Positions 23,271 to 38,669 of a DNA stretch of 64,000 nt are shown here, in pieces (position 1 is the stretch's first letter; each line of letters begins with the position of its first letter). The stretch is from Polymyxa betae A26-41 (taxonomy: Eukaryota > Protista > Endomyxa: Phytomyxea). Below the pieces are notes generated by a model. That model saw only the letters and a program-made list of their open reading frames with translations. It ran no database searches and was not told the DNA's origin. The stretch covers positions 1 through 64,000 of the forward strand of contig RBZT01000553.1 in NCBI GenBank assembly GCA_003693705.1, read 5' to 3'. Made by a program: the position numbers and the translations under genes.

Positions 23271-23709
23271 GTTGTCAATGGAATTCATTGTGATGATGTA
23301 ATAACCAATTGGGAGAGGGAGCACTATATATATCTGGATCTGTCATATCCAACAGTAGATAGTCGTAGATTTTATTTGTCGTTATTATGATGTAATAACA
23401 GATAGCTTGTCGAATAAAGATTGCAACATGGCCAGTTCGTTCAACGACGTTTTGAACCGAATCTTTGTTGGCTTCTTCAGATCGTAGATTACTCGTCGTT
23501 CCTCTGTTCCATAGTCCAGCTCTCCTCCTCTTCCTGCTTAATTTCACCGCCTTCTGATCCTGATCCTCCTCTCTACTCTTCTATCTTCATCTCAAACATC
23601 ACAGTTCTCGGTTTATTACAATATCGATGTAAAACTTGAGATAGAGTTGTAGAGTCATGTCTAAATAATTATAATATATTCTATTCTATTTATTATGATA
23701 TTATTAAGT

Positions 23710-25753
<2,044 letters not shown>

Positions 25754-26639
25754 GACTCGGGGATGGGTCTCAGAACAGAGACGACATGACGAGTAAAGAG
25801 AGGGCGTGACAGGTTCCCTTGAAGGCGTTCGTTCGTGCGAGGGAGGGGGCGGCGGGGTGGTCACTCTTGGGGTGTGTTCACTGCGAGCCTGGCTGCGTCC
25901 CGTCTGTTACTCTCTCTCATTAATGCGTAGTACTTGCCACATACTATGGCAACTGTACTAACTACAGATGGATGAGATTTGGTTTGGCAGGCCGTCCCAT
26001 ACCTATTAAGGCTCACCTCTATATTTCACATTAGATAACCTTCAATTCATCATATACAATTGTCTCGTCTCGCTCCCCAGTTATTAACTATGCCCGAGGG
26101 TCTCTCCGTTAACATCCACGACAACGTTACGTGGTGGCACGATAGCTGTAACGTTACCGATTACGTTACATCTTCTACGAGGTGACTGTCCATCGAGATG
26201 GGTGAAACATATCTCGGGGAGCGAATGTGGCGGTTCGTATGATCGTGTATTTATGGATCTGTTGAATGTTATATTCGTCATGATATTTATTAAGGATTGT
26301 TGAATGGACTTCATACATTCACTCAATCAGATCGCAATTAGCGACATATTCATAGGTCTAAAGATCATCTGAGGCGATTTCTGCCATCCAGCTGCCTATG
26401 ACAATAGTAATTGTTCAGTCTTATCCAATACCAGAATCGCGGACGTCACTGCAGGAACTCACCTAGTAGACGGTTGGCTGTCTGATAGATTAACAGGTAA
26501 TATGGCTGTGTTCAATATGATCACAACTTCCCACGTGAATATCGTCGATACACAAACATCGGGAGTCTTGTTCCTATTCACTCCTAGATTAAGGATGTTC
26601 TCGTCTTCAATCTTTGATTGTATGATGTAACAGCCGTAT

Positions 26640-26930
26640 AGCAATGATCAGATCGCAGAGATCCTTCTGCAGCAACGTCCTCTCCTTGACCACACCTGTG
26701 TTGATGACGAAGCCGTGAATTCAGAGGAATACTGTCAGATCATGAAGCTCGATCGGAATCGGTTTCGGGACGTCCTTCTGGAATCTGAACATGCAGCGCT
26801 GCGCCATCATCCATCATACAAGGTTGAAGTATCACGAACAGGTCGATTCAACACTCTCCGAACCTTTGCAGAGTCGTTTGCATCAACTTGTCCAAACACA
26901 CAGCAACAATACAGTCTGATTGTTCCTATG
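26640..26930 (+). mobile_element. Degenerate hAT-like transposase C-terminal fragment
   Basis: ILLQQRPLLDHT...RFNTLRTFAESFASTCPN, then after a 2-nt slip in an AC run TATIQSDCS. This resembles the hAT dimerisation-region motif FxxGLATxFPNTATVESDFS. Confidence 0.5.
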
Positions 26931-27997
26931 AACTGAGCCCTACAATCAGATGCTACAGAAAGTGGTCAAGAGTACCGTCTCAATTCATGAGAGTTTCTGC
27001 CTGGGTAATTGGTGCTATACCACGACCAACCTGAAAACCAGATGATCTTATTCCCTTCCGTTCTGATGCAACAGCTGTGTTTTTCTGGCGATTTTCGCTG
27101 TATAGAAAACGGATTTTCTGAACATCTCGTGATCATCGTGGCCGCGTTCTATGCTGTGACCAATCTCCTCAACAAATCATGGCGAATATTGAACCTAAAA
27201 GGCGAGGAATGGGTTCCTAAGCTAATTAATGGCCATTGGAAGCGATTATGGGAGGTGTTGGTATCAATATCTGGAAGGATGTCAATTATGTCATTAATTG
27301 GTGATTCTAATCCAGGGTGATTTATGCTAAGTAAATCGTCTTTGTTCAGTTTACAAAGGCTCTGAATTATTACCGCCAACACCCTCCAAGAGATTTTGAT
27401 TATCCTGGAATAACGAAACATATCCTTCTACAGCACATTATTGTTAAAAGACGGGAATGCTGCCCCATCGATATATCTGAGATGTCATCATCGACCCGAA
27501 TTGTGATAGAGGCGCCTTCTATTTAGTGATCGGAGCATTCAGAATTGGCAGATAATGTGGGTATCTGATCGCAGATAGTTTTTCAGGAAAAAGACATTCG
27601 AGTGTATGGTGATAATAGGAGTTACATAAGATGCAGAATAAGGACGATTTAAATCACCTTGATAGGTGAGTACAAATAGATATCAGACTGACAGTATCCC
27701 ACAGATTTTAGATATCCAACAGTGAGATGATTCAAGACACTTTGTAAAGCCAGCTCTAGAATCGTTAATCATAGTCCCGATACATGACTGATCAGATGGG
27801 AACCGCTGATAATAACAATGCCACGAGAGTTAAGACCATGAGCGTCTACGAGCTCATTATATCAGATCTCAACAGTTTGCTGAAAGAACTTTGAGATAAG
27901 CAAAATCTCCGTAAATGTTTGTTGAAAATCTGGAAAAAATCCTGAGGAGGTGAGTCGTGTGGCTCCGGAGGTTTATTGTCTTAATAGTGATTATATC

Positions 27998-28516
27998 ATG
28001 TCATATAATGGGATCGGTCTGACCACCGCCCGAGGCTCGGGCACCAATGGCTATGTCACCAGGAACTTGTCCACGGTCAGGCGGCCGCCACCCCAGCGCC
28101 AGACCATGCAGGTCGAAGCGCAGGCCCCGGTTATCAAGAAGGCAGACCCTGCCTTGGTGCAGCATAATAAGGAGCGGCGCGTTGCTGTTCAATGCATGGC
28201 GAAACGTCTTGAATTAGAAGATCAAGGCCTGGATGAGGAAGAGATCACCAGGCTTATCGCCGAATATCGTCATCGCCTACTAAACGAGGGACTGAATTTC
28301 GAAGAGAAACACGAAGAAGAGATGAAATTGGTTCTGCAAGAAAAGAAGAACAATGCGATGAAGGACGCTTTAGGCATTGGGAAGGCACAGCCTGAAAGAA
28401 AGCCAGTAGAACGACTTCCTGGACAGGCTAAGCGACCTTGGCTTGACAGAGGTGATGGCCCATTATCAGCGGATCGTGAGAAGAAATCACGACCAAGATA
28501 TCAGCAACAGAGGTAA
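27998..28516 (+). CDS. CWC21: Pre-mRNA splicing factor Cwc21 (cwf21 domain)
   Basis: MSYNGIGLTTARGSGTNGYVTRNL, HNKERRVAVQC...LEDQG.DEEEI. Confidence 0.93.
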   Translation: MSYNGIGLTTARGSGTNGYVTRNLSTVRRPPPQRQTMQVEAQAPVIKKADPALVQHNKERRVAVQCMAKRLELEDQGLDEEEITRLIAEYRHRLLNEGLNFEEKHEEEMKLVLQEKKNNAMKDALGIGKAQPERKPVERLPGQAKRPWLDRGDGPLSADREKKSRPRYQQQR

Positions 28517-28986
28517 TGTCCCTGTCTTAATCTTATAGTCTCCTCCTTTAAACGTTTACATGTTATTTGTATTGCCAATGAACTGCTCTGGAATATATAC
28601 TGATTGTCGCTTTTAGGCCGCTCTCTCCCAAGCCAGAGCAACCGAAACCCGTCCAGCGTATTACATTAGCCACTTGCATTACTCAAGTTCAACTGCAAAC
28701 ATAATATAATTCCTGTGTTATCTCGATCCCTTTTAAATGGTGAGATCAATTGCCATTTTCAAGCCCAACTTATATTTTATACATTAGACATAGTGCCAGA
28801 TTCATGATTTTACCACTCATTATGAGGCAACATTCAATAACCTGATGAATCCTGCCAATCGTTTTTGGCTTCATTTTATGCATGCTCGCTGGTGGCGATT
28901 CGTTGACTCTAACTACTTCTTTGATCTGACAATGACGCATTTTTGTCCCCATTGCTACATTGATTCATTCCGGGCCTTATTTTGCT

Positions 28987-31900
28987 CTAGAGAGCAAAGT
29001 GTTGAGGGTGCGATTCCGGTTCGGTACATTTGGCTAAATCTGCCAAATGCCCGGTATTCCAGGTTGGGTCTTTCCTGGCAGTCTCCATGTCGTCCTCGTT
29101 TCCAACAACCGTCATGGTTGCTTTCGACAAGTCGAATTCTCCAAAGTACTGCTTAGCGACATCAATCACGTCGTTCGTCGTCAAACTGGATGATAATTTA
29201 AATACGCTGAGTGTAAACGATTGCCATTCCTCCACTTACCCAAGCAATCGCTGCCGATATTGACGCTTAAAATGCGGCGAGATTCCAGCACAGAAATGCA
29301 ACTGGCCGTGAGCAGACGGATGCTTTGGTGCATCGATGTGACCAAATAACGACAATAATGCCTGATTAAGACGCTCATCCGTGATGTTATCGGGATCTTG
29401 GCACCTGCAAGCAGTCAAAAAATGTCTTGTTGTTAATAGGTCAATCACCATTTCACTGCCTGAGTAAAAACGTCGATTGTCTCCAGAAAATGAGGGTCAC
29501 GGTACGAGTAGAAGCTGAAAGCGCCATCGACCGAATGACTAGCGCCGCCGCCTACAAGTATCTATTGTTTACGACCAACGTTTCCAGCAATAAACCGATC
29601 GCACAACGATAAAGAAAGAAACTTTCCAAGAATGCTTACCATAGGCACCGCCTTTTTCCCGCAATTCTCGATGTAAATATTCAGTCGACATAATCCTACT
29701 CGAGTATGAGAACTTTAGCCTGAATCGAACATAATTTTCACCTCGCAAGGACTTGTAGCGCTGGTCGATCCTTATGAACATAAGGGGCATCGGTGGCAAT
29801 GCTGAGTGCCACATTATTGACGGCATCCAAAGGCACAGCAATGAAATTTCGTCGAGCTGAAAGCAATGAGGTTGGTGGCGTTCGACTGTGGAATTTTAGA
29901 GGGAGATATCGACAAAGCAGTATCAGACCCTGCATTCAGGTCGCCGCGCTCAGGCGCTGAAAACTCGGAAATCTTTGAAGCGAACAGGTTTTGGACCGCA
30001 TCGATGCGTTGTGCATCCGATTCGGTGATGGCCGTTCTCACCAGGCGCAACGAGGCTGCGATTTGTTGGAGACCAGACGAAAGATTCAATAAATTATCAT
30101 CGTCTAATCTGGCGTCAGGTGTCAGCTGACCCGAAACTATGGCTACAAGCGTCATACCTTGCAGCAAGGGTCGACATTCGCACAGCATGGTCGAGGCCGC
30201 TGTAAGCATTTTGTGCTTGCAAGCAAGGTGAGTGATGTGAAGCGGCATGCATTCGTGCAAAAGCATGCCCTGAATCGACAACGCTCTCGGCGATGCCGGC
30301 TGCCTGGCTCTTGAGTAGTTGCCGAAGACGATCGAGGTCGTCGAAACTCGGTTGCAGCGTGGACTTTAATAAAAGATCGATCATGTGTGTGGCATTGTGA
30401 GACAGCGATGAGCTCTGAATTGAGATCCCCTATGAAAACCAGACGATGTCACACAAAGTCACTCCTGAACCATGGAACTACGTCACAAACCTGAACGTAC
30501 ATGGTCAAGTCATCGGCAGGAGTGTGCAGCTGTAATGACGCGCTCGCCCCGCCCGAATACAGCATTCGTAACCGTGACATGTCCTGATATGATAAATCTG
30601 CTGCACCCATCCCCATGACCAATCTGAAAAACAATTCTGTTGGTCGGATTCGGAATATTTGATAGACAGCGCCTCCCACCGGCAGAAAACGCCCAGCAAG
30701 GGCTTCAGATGGTCCGGAACGTTGTTCGTGTCGAGCAAGACTTTGACATAAGCAAGCCCGTTCGTATCAACAGCGATTTGATGAAAACAATCCCGGTCTG
30801 ATGAAACTTGTAAGTTAATGTCAAAACAAAATTGCCGAATCGGCACCTTCATTGCGAATCTCAATGGCAGCAGTGTCAACCGGACTTTCCATTTCGACGT
30901 CGTCGCGTGTCAGTGTCGGAAGACAACTGGCGTCCTCCTGCCTGTTCTGCGATTGCGACAACTTCTGGGCGTCCGCCACCAGCTGGACCGGGTCAACGAT
31001 GGCTTTGTTTAAAATCGACTGTCGACATAATTAGCTTGCAATTTTTCGTTTCAAAAGCGGAATACTTGTTCGGCCACGGAGCGTTGCTGCAGATAGTTCG
31101 GGTCCGCATTCATGAGCGTACAGAGACTATGTCGATTCTCGACCAGATGCTGTCGAATGAGATCCTGTATATAGGGACCTGACTGAATGCGCTTCGATAT
31201 CTCGTCCAGATGTGATTCGATTCGTAAGATCGACTCGATATCACCGTCGTGTAACCACCTGATTCAATAAAATCAGTCTGAGAAAGTGCCGACGTCGCCG
31301 CTCGAGCAACCGATTCAGAATTCGATAAAGAATCTGCAGGCCCATGTCGGTCTTCATCTCTTGTTGATCCAGCCGGTATTGGTGCATAATAGCGTCGATA
31401 CGTTCCGTACTGAATCCGGTCTCACAGACCTCAGCTAATGTCTTGCTGATGGCGTCATGGACACGATCGTGATCGGATTGACGCATGCCCTGTAAGCCCA
31501 CAGACCAAAGCGCCTGTTTGCCACCAGATAGCCCTGTTTATACGTAAATATGAATTGAGTTATGAGAGATTACATCTCAACATAGGGAGTCAAAGAAAAA
31601 TGAATGAGAATGCCAAACTCCCTGTTGAAACTCTCTAGAAACAGAATGCAAAAGATGGCGCATACCGGTCATGGGGGAATAACCGGAGCCGATATTGGGG
31701 ACGATCAATGCGCGATGGAAAGGCGAATCGGCCCCGGACAGCAAGAGCGACGACATCAACGACAGACCCGTGATCGTAACAGCATCGGTTCGGTATACAT
31801 CAGGTAACAAAATGGACTTGGTGAATGTCGATTGTTTCTCGGGGTCAATCAGCTGCGAGAACGATTAACCACTCGGCGAAGATTTGCAGCGCAGGCATTA

Positions 31901-33215
31901 CCATAGATTCCGGCGGACAGTAAAACTCCTGCACAGGTCGCGGCTCCGGCCACAAAGACTGTAACGGGACCGCAGTCTTAGAGCGAAGTTCTGGTCGGTG
32001 ATCGAACTGGTCCAAGACGTGTTCGTTGAGGTAAGAGAGTGGTGGATCGAAATTGCCATAGCTGTGCAACGAAACGGTTCAAATGACCTGATTTTTTTAC
32101 GAAAAAGATTCTGATGACCTGAAGAATTTGGCGTTTGATGGGTGGTAGTGTTGGTGATGGAAATCAACTAGCTGTTCGTGAGTGAGATCTGGAATATAAA
32201 TAGGGTCGCCGCCGGAATTAAATCTATAAATGGTTAAGAACAGCGGAAGGCGAAGGAGCAAATTTGATGGAAAACAAGACAGCGTCGTATTCGCTTAAAA
32301 GAACATTCAAAGCCGGGCGAAATCCGAATTTCTATGCGGGTTACCCGTTACCTGTACGGAGTGTCGGGCAGCAATCGGCGGTATATTTCTCGATACAAAA
32401 TTGACGCTAAGAAAGGCTAATTAGAGCCGACGGGAAGAGCCAAAAGTGACGCAAACCTGGATCAGACATGGCGCCTTTCATTTCGTTGTAAACGACGCCT
32501 TTCAACACGAGCCCGGAATTCGGATCGGATTCCTCATTAACTTCGAATCGTACGCCTGCCCGAATGCATCATTAGCAAACACAGTCATAAAAAGCCCAAT
32601 GCCCAACCCTCCTGGCGAAAATCTTCGGGCCGGAGCAGCGGCCGGAATACGGCGTCGCAATAGACTTGCAGCAGGTTATCGAAATCTTTCGCGTGACACG
32701 TGCTGAATGGATAGACAGTGTAATCGGGCCCGGTCATGGCGTTCATGAAAGTATGCAACGAACGACGAAGCATGTGAAAGAACGGGTCGCGGACAGGGAA
32801 TTTCTTCGATCCACATAGAACGTTGTGTTCGAGAATGTGTGCGATTCCTGTATTATCGCTAGGCGGCGTTCGAAACAAAATGGCCATGGTCCGATTCGGA
32901 TCCGAACATCTAACATGTAAATAAGGGGCATCTGTCTTCAGATGACGCATCTGAAAGCGTATCAGAAAACTAGAGAAAATTGTAGACGGTAGATTGAGTG
33001 TAACTAAACCGAAAAGAATGACAAAAGTAGAGAATACGAAACAATCGTCAAGAGACCTGAATCAACGTTCGGTGATGTTCCGGAAAGTCATGGACGGCCT
33101 CAGTCAGGAACCCATCCTGAATCGAACCGACGATTGCTTTCGACGCCAACCGCCGCCGTCCGGTCGCAGCTGACGCTGCAGCCCGCGCCCAGCGCCCATG
33201 ACGACACCGAATCAT
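28987..33215 (-). CDS. PITRM1: Presequence protease / pitrilysin M16C, multi-exon, with mitochondrial-type presequence
   Basis: [46 protein letters not shown] (HXXEH), [40 protein letters not shown]; Arg/Ala-rich N-terminus. Confidence 0.93.
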
Positions 33216-33425
33216 GACGATCTCTGCGAGACCAATCGGGTTGGCAGAATGAGGTTACTGAGGGTTGCGGCGCAGCTCGCAGTCATGTCCTTCTTATAGC
33301 GATCTCTGTCAGCTCCTTCAGTTGAGCCTCTGTCAGTCTCTTCATGGATGGGGGCCTCCTAACTGATTGTGATGGCGACTTTATCAAAATTAAAAGCGCT
33401 CTAATTATCACTTAGGAAAAAGTAG

Positions 33426-34003
33426 TCAGCAACAAAGCTCAATGCCGTTATCAAAATCCGGAAGAGGGTCTCCGAGATCATCACCAAACCCAGATGTGTG
33501 CCGACAAAATTGCTCGTTTAGCTCCTTTAGATGCATCACCTTAATCACAGGAATCCCTATGACCGACAGAGTGCAGAAGGCGTCCTCTTCGTTGGCTAAG
33601 CTGGGTTCTGTGGGATGTCTGCCCCGATTTTTATGGTCGCTCTCTTTGACGTAATATTTCACGCCTTCGTGTTGGACATAGGACAATCCATTATATCCAG
33701 TAGAATACCGGATCATGCCGATCAACAGAATATGATTGCCATGCCCACAATGCTGACCAAGATGTTCACAACGCTTGCCGTCCCGTATTGCAACACTGCT
33801 GTCATTGTCAGATATGATAGAAGACGGCCGATTCCGTTCGGTCATCATTACCCATTTCTGCTAAGAAACTTGTCGCGAATTTTGGCGCCGACGTTGCCGC
33901 CTGTTTGAAGGCAAAGATTTTGAACGCCTTGTATCAATTTTATGCTTGCTGCTGCCACCCATACGATATTCGCATTAACGATGGCACCATCTGTTGTTGC
34001 CAT
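33426..34003 (-). CDS. Hypothetical small single-pass membrane protein (about 4-5 exons)
   Basis: Manual GT-AG splicing gives MATTDGAIVNANI-AATSAPKFATSFLAEM-AVLQYGTASVVNILVSIVGMAIIFC-VKYYVKESD...IELCC*. No recognised family. Confidence 0.4.
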
Positions 34004-34164
34004 GTGTAAGAGGATTCTCCTTTCCAGCATACAAACCCAGATTACAAAAGCTGAGCCACAAAAATCGTGGCAGAAAGTCAATAAATTTTTGAAAAAATCC
34101 GAGAAAGCTCCAGTGGCCACTTCATCACAGTCATCCATCATACAACGCACATACACGATTCGCA

Positions 34165-35148
34165 ATGAAGCGAACCATCGCCTTGAGCGTCTTTTTGGCG
34201 ACTCTAGTGGCGGGCATCGTCTTCGTCGCCTGGGCCCAGGATCGAGTTCTGCTGAAGGATGTGACTTCCCTAATTTTCCGAGCTGGTTCCATGACGACTG
34301 GGCGGCGTTCGGCGCCGATCCCCCAGCTACGATGCACGGGACGGTCCTGCAAGACGTTCCAGCCGCAGGTCGTCCAATGCACTCAAACTGGATGGGATGG
34401 ACGGGATGCCACATGGCGTTGTGAGGCCGATCTGCCACCTAAACTCAGTTTTGGGCAGGTCGTTGTCAGTTGTGAGGGATATAACTATCCTGATGATCCC
34501 TATATTCTGGTTGGCTCATGTGGTCTCAAATATCAGGTTGCTACTTTTTGAGCAATGCCTTCAATTGATATTTCATCATTGGGTGTTTTTCTTTTCTGTA
34601 AATAGCTAAATCGTTTTTCTTTGTGGAAATAATCTTTTGCAAATAACTCTCTAAAAAGTCCATTTCAGTTGGTCGACGCAGCACGCCCATCAAATGATGA
34701 TGACGATACCTTTGTGATAGGAACTGTATTGGGTGTTATAGTGACAGCGGTAATTGCCGCCATTGTCATATCAAAGTGCTGCAGTCGATATCGAGCAACG
34801 AGAGGTGATGACATGCCACCACCGCCGCCTTATGACGACTACCACCGCATGCCCAGCTCGTGGCGACCCTCAGCGCCACCATCTTCAAGCGCTTCATGCA
34901 ACCCACAGCCAGCACAGTCTTCATCAGGGCCGGGATTCTTTACCGGATTGGGTATCGGGGGTTTAGCCGGATACGCGTTCGGCAACAGGTCGCGACGAAA
35001 TCATGCGGTTTATACGACTCCTGATTACGGTTATTCCAGATCTTCAAGCGGCCGATCGATGTGGGGTTCGTCTTCATCAACTTCATCTTCGGCGCAGTCT
35101 CAAGCGCCTTCACGATCCACGGGATTTGCTACAACGGAGCGGCGTTAA
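34165..35148 (+). CDS. SARAF: Store-operated calcium entry-associated regulatory factor (SARAF/TMEM66)
   Basis: Signal peptide, VLLKDVTSLIF..G.MTTGRRSAPIPQLRC, CEADLP, VSCEGYNYPDDPYILVGSCGLKY, TM segment, GPGFFTGLGIGGLAGYAFG, terminal STGFATTERR. Confidence 0.93.
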
Positions 35149-35179
35149 AACAATCGCCCAGTTTGTTTATCGATGACGG

Positions 35180-36443
35180 TTAACAATGGTTTGAGATGAA
35201 CTCGCGAATCTTCATGACGTATTGGTCACCGCCTTTGATCCATGTGTCGTTATGGGTTCCATTCAGAATTTTATACAGTTCCTAATAATGATTCAGTACT
35301 GCGGCCATACAATTTCCCATACCGAAACCTTTTTCTTGCTATTTCGCGCCGCTTCGAAAAGTTTATCCATTTGACTAGAGGGGACTATTTCGTCGTTTCT
35401 TCCTGATACCAGAAGCAGCGGATGCGTAATCGATTCAATTCGTTTGGCCGATGGCCAATCAATCTTTAAGACATATGGCTTCAAAGGCGCCAATACTGGG
35501 AACACTGAATCGACCTGGACACAGAATAAGAGTTGTTTGAGATCGTCAAGCAAATTTCACACCATATCCGAAATATTCGTGAAAGTATTCTCCACGATAG
35601 TTCCACAGATTTTATCGTCGTATTTCGACGCAACATAAATCTATAACAGATACTAAGTGTACAAGCTGTTATTTGAATGCCGAGTATCATACAGAAACGG
35701 CGCCACCTAGAGACCTTCCAAACAGGAACACTTTCTTGGGATCGATATCTTCGCGTTCATGGAAAATATGCTTTGAAGAACATCAGCAGAGCTCAAACGA
35801 TGCGTCATTTATCACACCTTCATGACCGTATCAGCGTCAATCATTAAACCGGCTTCATTCGGCGATCCTTCGCTATCTCCATATCCACGATACGACAGAA
35901 TAAAAATGTTCACGTCGACTGCCCGAAAAATCTGTGCGATGTTCGGAAGACGGAAGCCCATGTTTCCAGCATTCGCATGAAAGAAAACCAGTGTTGGAAC
36001 CGATTTCGAATTCGGTTGTCTGATCATCCAGGCCTAACAAAATTTAGGAGTAGCAATTGAGATGATAGAAGCTTACAGCTAATTTTATACCATCTGAAGT
36101 GGTTAGACGAACATCCTCATAAGACAGGTTAAAATCAGCAGGGCTTCGAAATCCAGGCGGATTCTGCGATGGTTTAATATGCTGAGGTAGAGCACGAGGT
36201 TGGTATCTAATTAAAAATAAACCATCGCGTCCATCGATTACGAATCCGTTCCCACAGAAGGTTATCCTGAAATTTGTACAAGGCGGCGACGAGTGCGGCG
36301 GAAAGCGTCGCCACGACTGTGACACAGGATTTCCAAGACGGAGCGTACGACGCCTGGTCGTTACGCGAGACATAGATCCAGGAGAAGAAAACGCCGGCCA
36401 CGACGGCTGGTTTGGCCCAGGCTCCATACGACGACAACGTCAT
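35180..36443 (-). CDS. ABHD13/BEM46-like alpha/beta hydrolase, multi-exon
   Basis: FFHANAGNMGFRLP, SYRGYGDSEGSPNEAGLMIDA, FGRSLGGAV, VENTFT, SGRNDEIVP, GTHNDTW (Ser-Asp-His triad intact). Confidence 0.9.
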
Positions 36444-36599
36444 TATCAGGCTGCGTCTCCGATAAGCAGTCTGACATCTCGGCGCTCTATAACATCATTA
36501 TCCATGACAGGAGAGCAGCCCATCTCGGTCATTGAGGGTCCCCTGTACAGCTTCCCATTTGCCTTTGGCACGCGATCGTAAGGTGTCATCGACGCCTGC

Positions 36600-37229
36600 A
36601 TGGCTGTCCCTTCGAGGCCTGCAATCCTTAAGCCCGGCGCCTCGTCTCGTTCCTCGTTCTGCTGTTGCCGGATCTGTTTCGTCTTTACCATTCTCGTGGC
36701 TGGGTTAGCGATCCTAGCATGGTGGCTTTATCCTGATACAAGCCCGCCGATGAAATCGAGCTTCTCGGTACAATCGTTCGAGCTTAGTCTCAGCGAGCTC
36801 AAGATCCTGGGCCGCTTCGATATAGCAGTGACCAATCGCAACCATTATGCAATTCAGACGAAATCGACCGTTTTTAACGTCGTCTATAAAGGCAATTCCT
36901 TTTGCAATACGCTTTGAATTATCTTCTAATTTTTTTCAAAAGGTCGCATAATGCTAAACCCAACATTCGCCTCAAGTGAATTTCCAGCTCAGCAGACGAC
37001 CACAGTAGCGATTCCGATTTCGATTAGTTTAACGAAAGATTCTGCTACAGATCTAATCAGCGACATTTACAATACTTGCAGTGTTGCTGGGTCAAGTTTA
37101 CAGATCACCGTCAAAGGCGGTTTATCAGTGTCGACCTGGTTCCTGCCGACCTGGATTGACATTCCGATTGAGAAGGTTCAACCTATCTCGTGTCCTGATT
37201 TGAGATCAGCATCGCCTCGACCCACTTAA
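36600..37229 (+). CDS. LEA_2/NDR1-HIN1-like type II membrane protein
   Basis: CCC motif before a TM segment, then beta-rich region (IAVTNRNHYAI...VYKG), terminal ISCP. One GC-AG intron at 36892-36942. Start codon uncertain. Confidence 0.55.
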
Positions 37230-37239
37230 TACAGATTCA

Positions 37240-37900
37240 TTCAAGGTAAATGCTGTAACTTGAGTTTGTGTCGATGGCCGCTCCTTTCATACCCCATTGC
37301 GGAAACCAGTTACCGGGTCTCTTGGGTAATTCAAGCAGTTTGCTTCTCCACGATCTCAGTACCTTTTCGAATCATAGTTAGGTGTGTGAATCTACAGGAA
37401 TTTAGAAATCGATTGCCAAGCTGCACCTTGAAACCGATTCCTGGGAATCACTTCGACAGGTGCCCATTCATATTGGAAAATGTAATATAGCAACAATATC
37501 ATTTGAATTGATTACAATTAAAAAGGGGATTCTGCCGCCTCTTATTCTTTAAAATCAATGTCTCGCTTCCGTTCGCCGCAAGATGCATAGAAGGAATGCC
37601 CTGATGCCTAGCATTGAAGCATGCAACCGTTTATAATCGCCAGTGAGGCCTTCCAACAGTACGACGATTTGACCCAAAAGGGCCACAGCGTTTCGGTATA
37701 TTGGTATTTATAGAAAGAGATCGCTGGCTGGCACTGGCCGGCCAAGTACATCTTCCAGTTTTCTGCGTTCTTTACACTCTCAAGTACATCTTTCTTGTGC
37801 GATTGTGGCTCCTCGATGGTTCCTGTTTCCAACATAAACATCCCCGTATCCATCAATGCTGCTCTATGCCCTCATTACCATTCTTGTGCTCAATTTCAAA
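37240..37900 (-). CDS. Hypothetical protein, exon structure unresolved
   Basis: Exon-like open stretches (GTIEEPQSHKK...TETLWPFW; VLRSWRSKLLELPKRPGNWFPQWG...) bounded by plausible splice sites. Confidence 0.25.
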
Positions 37901-38087
37901 GTTTGTTCGGCGGCCAGCAATCACCCAAAACAAGCCGCGCAGTTAACGACGCATGAGTGCTCTGTTGCGTCGTGTAAAGTCCCAAAGCACTCCTCCGGAA
38001 ACCAATCGTGTATGTGATTTTAGAGTGACGACGCAATTATAAGACGATTGAATAGATAATGTCAACATGCTGCCAGGAAATAGATCG

Positions 38088-38669
38088 ATGAGGATGAACT
38101 ACTCCCAAGGCGTCAGCACTTATTACAAAGAGCATGGACCCGATTACAGCAATCCTCACGAGGACGCCATTGTTCGCTGTGTGGATTCTCTCCTGGCCCC
38201 GATTCGTAACGAGCTTGACCATGGCTGGAATGCGGTCGACATCGCTTGTGGATCTGGTGAGGCCATGTTTGCCCTGCTGCAATTCTGCCAGCATTACCAA
38301 AAGTCGCCACCTAATATAATTGCTGTCGATCCTTTCACGAGGCTCGCTGTAACTCGTCGGTTCCCAACCATCGAATTCCTGCAGCTTTCCTTCGAAGATA
38401 TCGGCCATGGTGACCTGCCAGGAAAATACGACCTAGCAATCTCATCATTCGCCTTGCATCTCGCAGATCGCTCCGAGCTGTTCGCCCTTCTAGCCCAGCT
38501 AGCAGTACAAGCGAGATATCTGGCCATCGTCTCACCGCATAAGCTCCCGTTCGTCCCAGATGGATGCGGTTGGGAGCTCCAGCACAGCGTCTACACGGGC
38601 GGATCTGGCCAGGAGCGAGTTCGAGGCCGACTCTTTCAATCGCTATGGTTCTCTGTCGAGAAATCTTGA
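38088..38669 (+). CDS. Class I SAM-dependent methyltransferase (intronless)
   Basis: YSNPHE, AVDIACGSGEA, AVDPFT, YDLAISSFALHL. Confidence 0.8.
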   Translation: MRMNYSQGVSTYYKEHGPDYSNPHEDAIVRCVDSLLAPIRNELDHGWNAVDIACGSGEAMFALLQFCQHYQKSPPNIIAVDPFTRLAVTRRFPTIEFLQLSFEDIGHGDLPGKYDLAISSFALHLADRSELFALLAQLAVQARYLAIVSPHKLPFVPDGCGWELQHSVYTGGSGQERVRGRLFQSLWFSVEKS

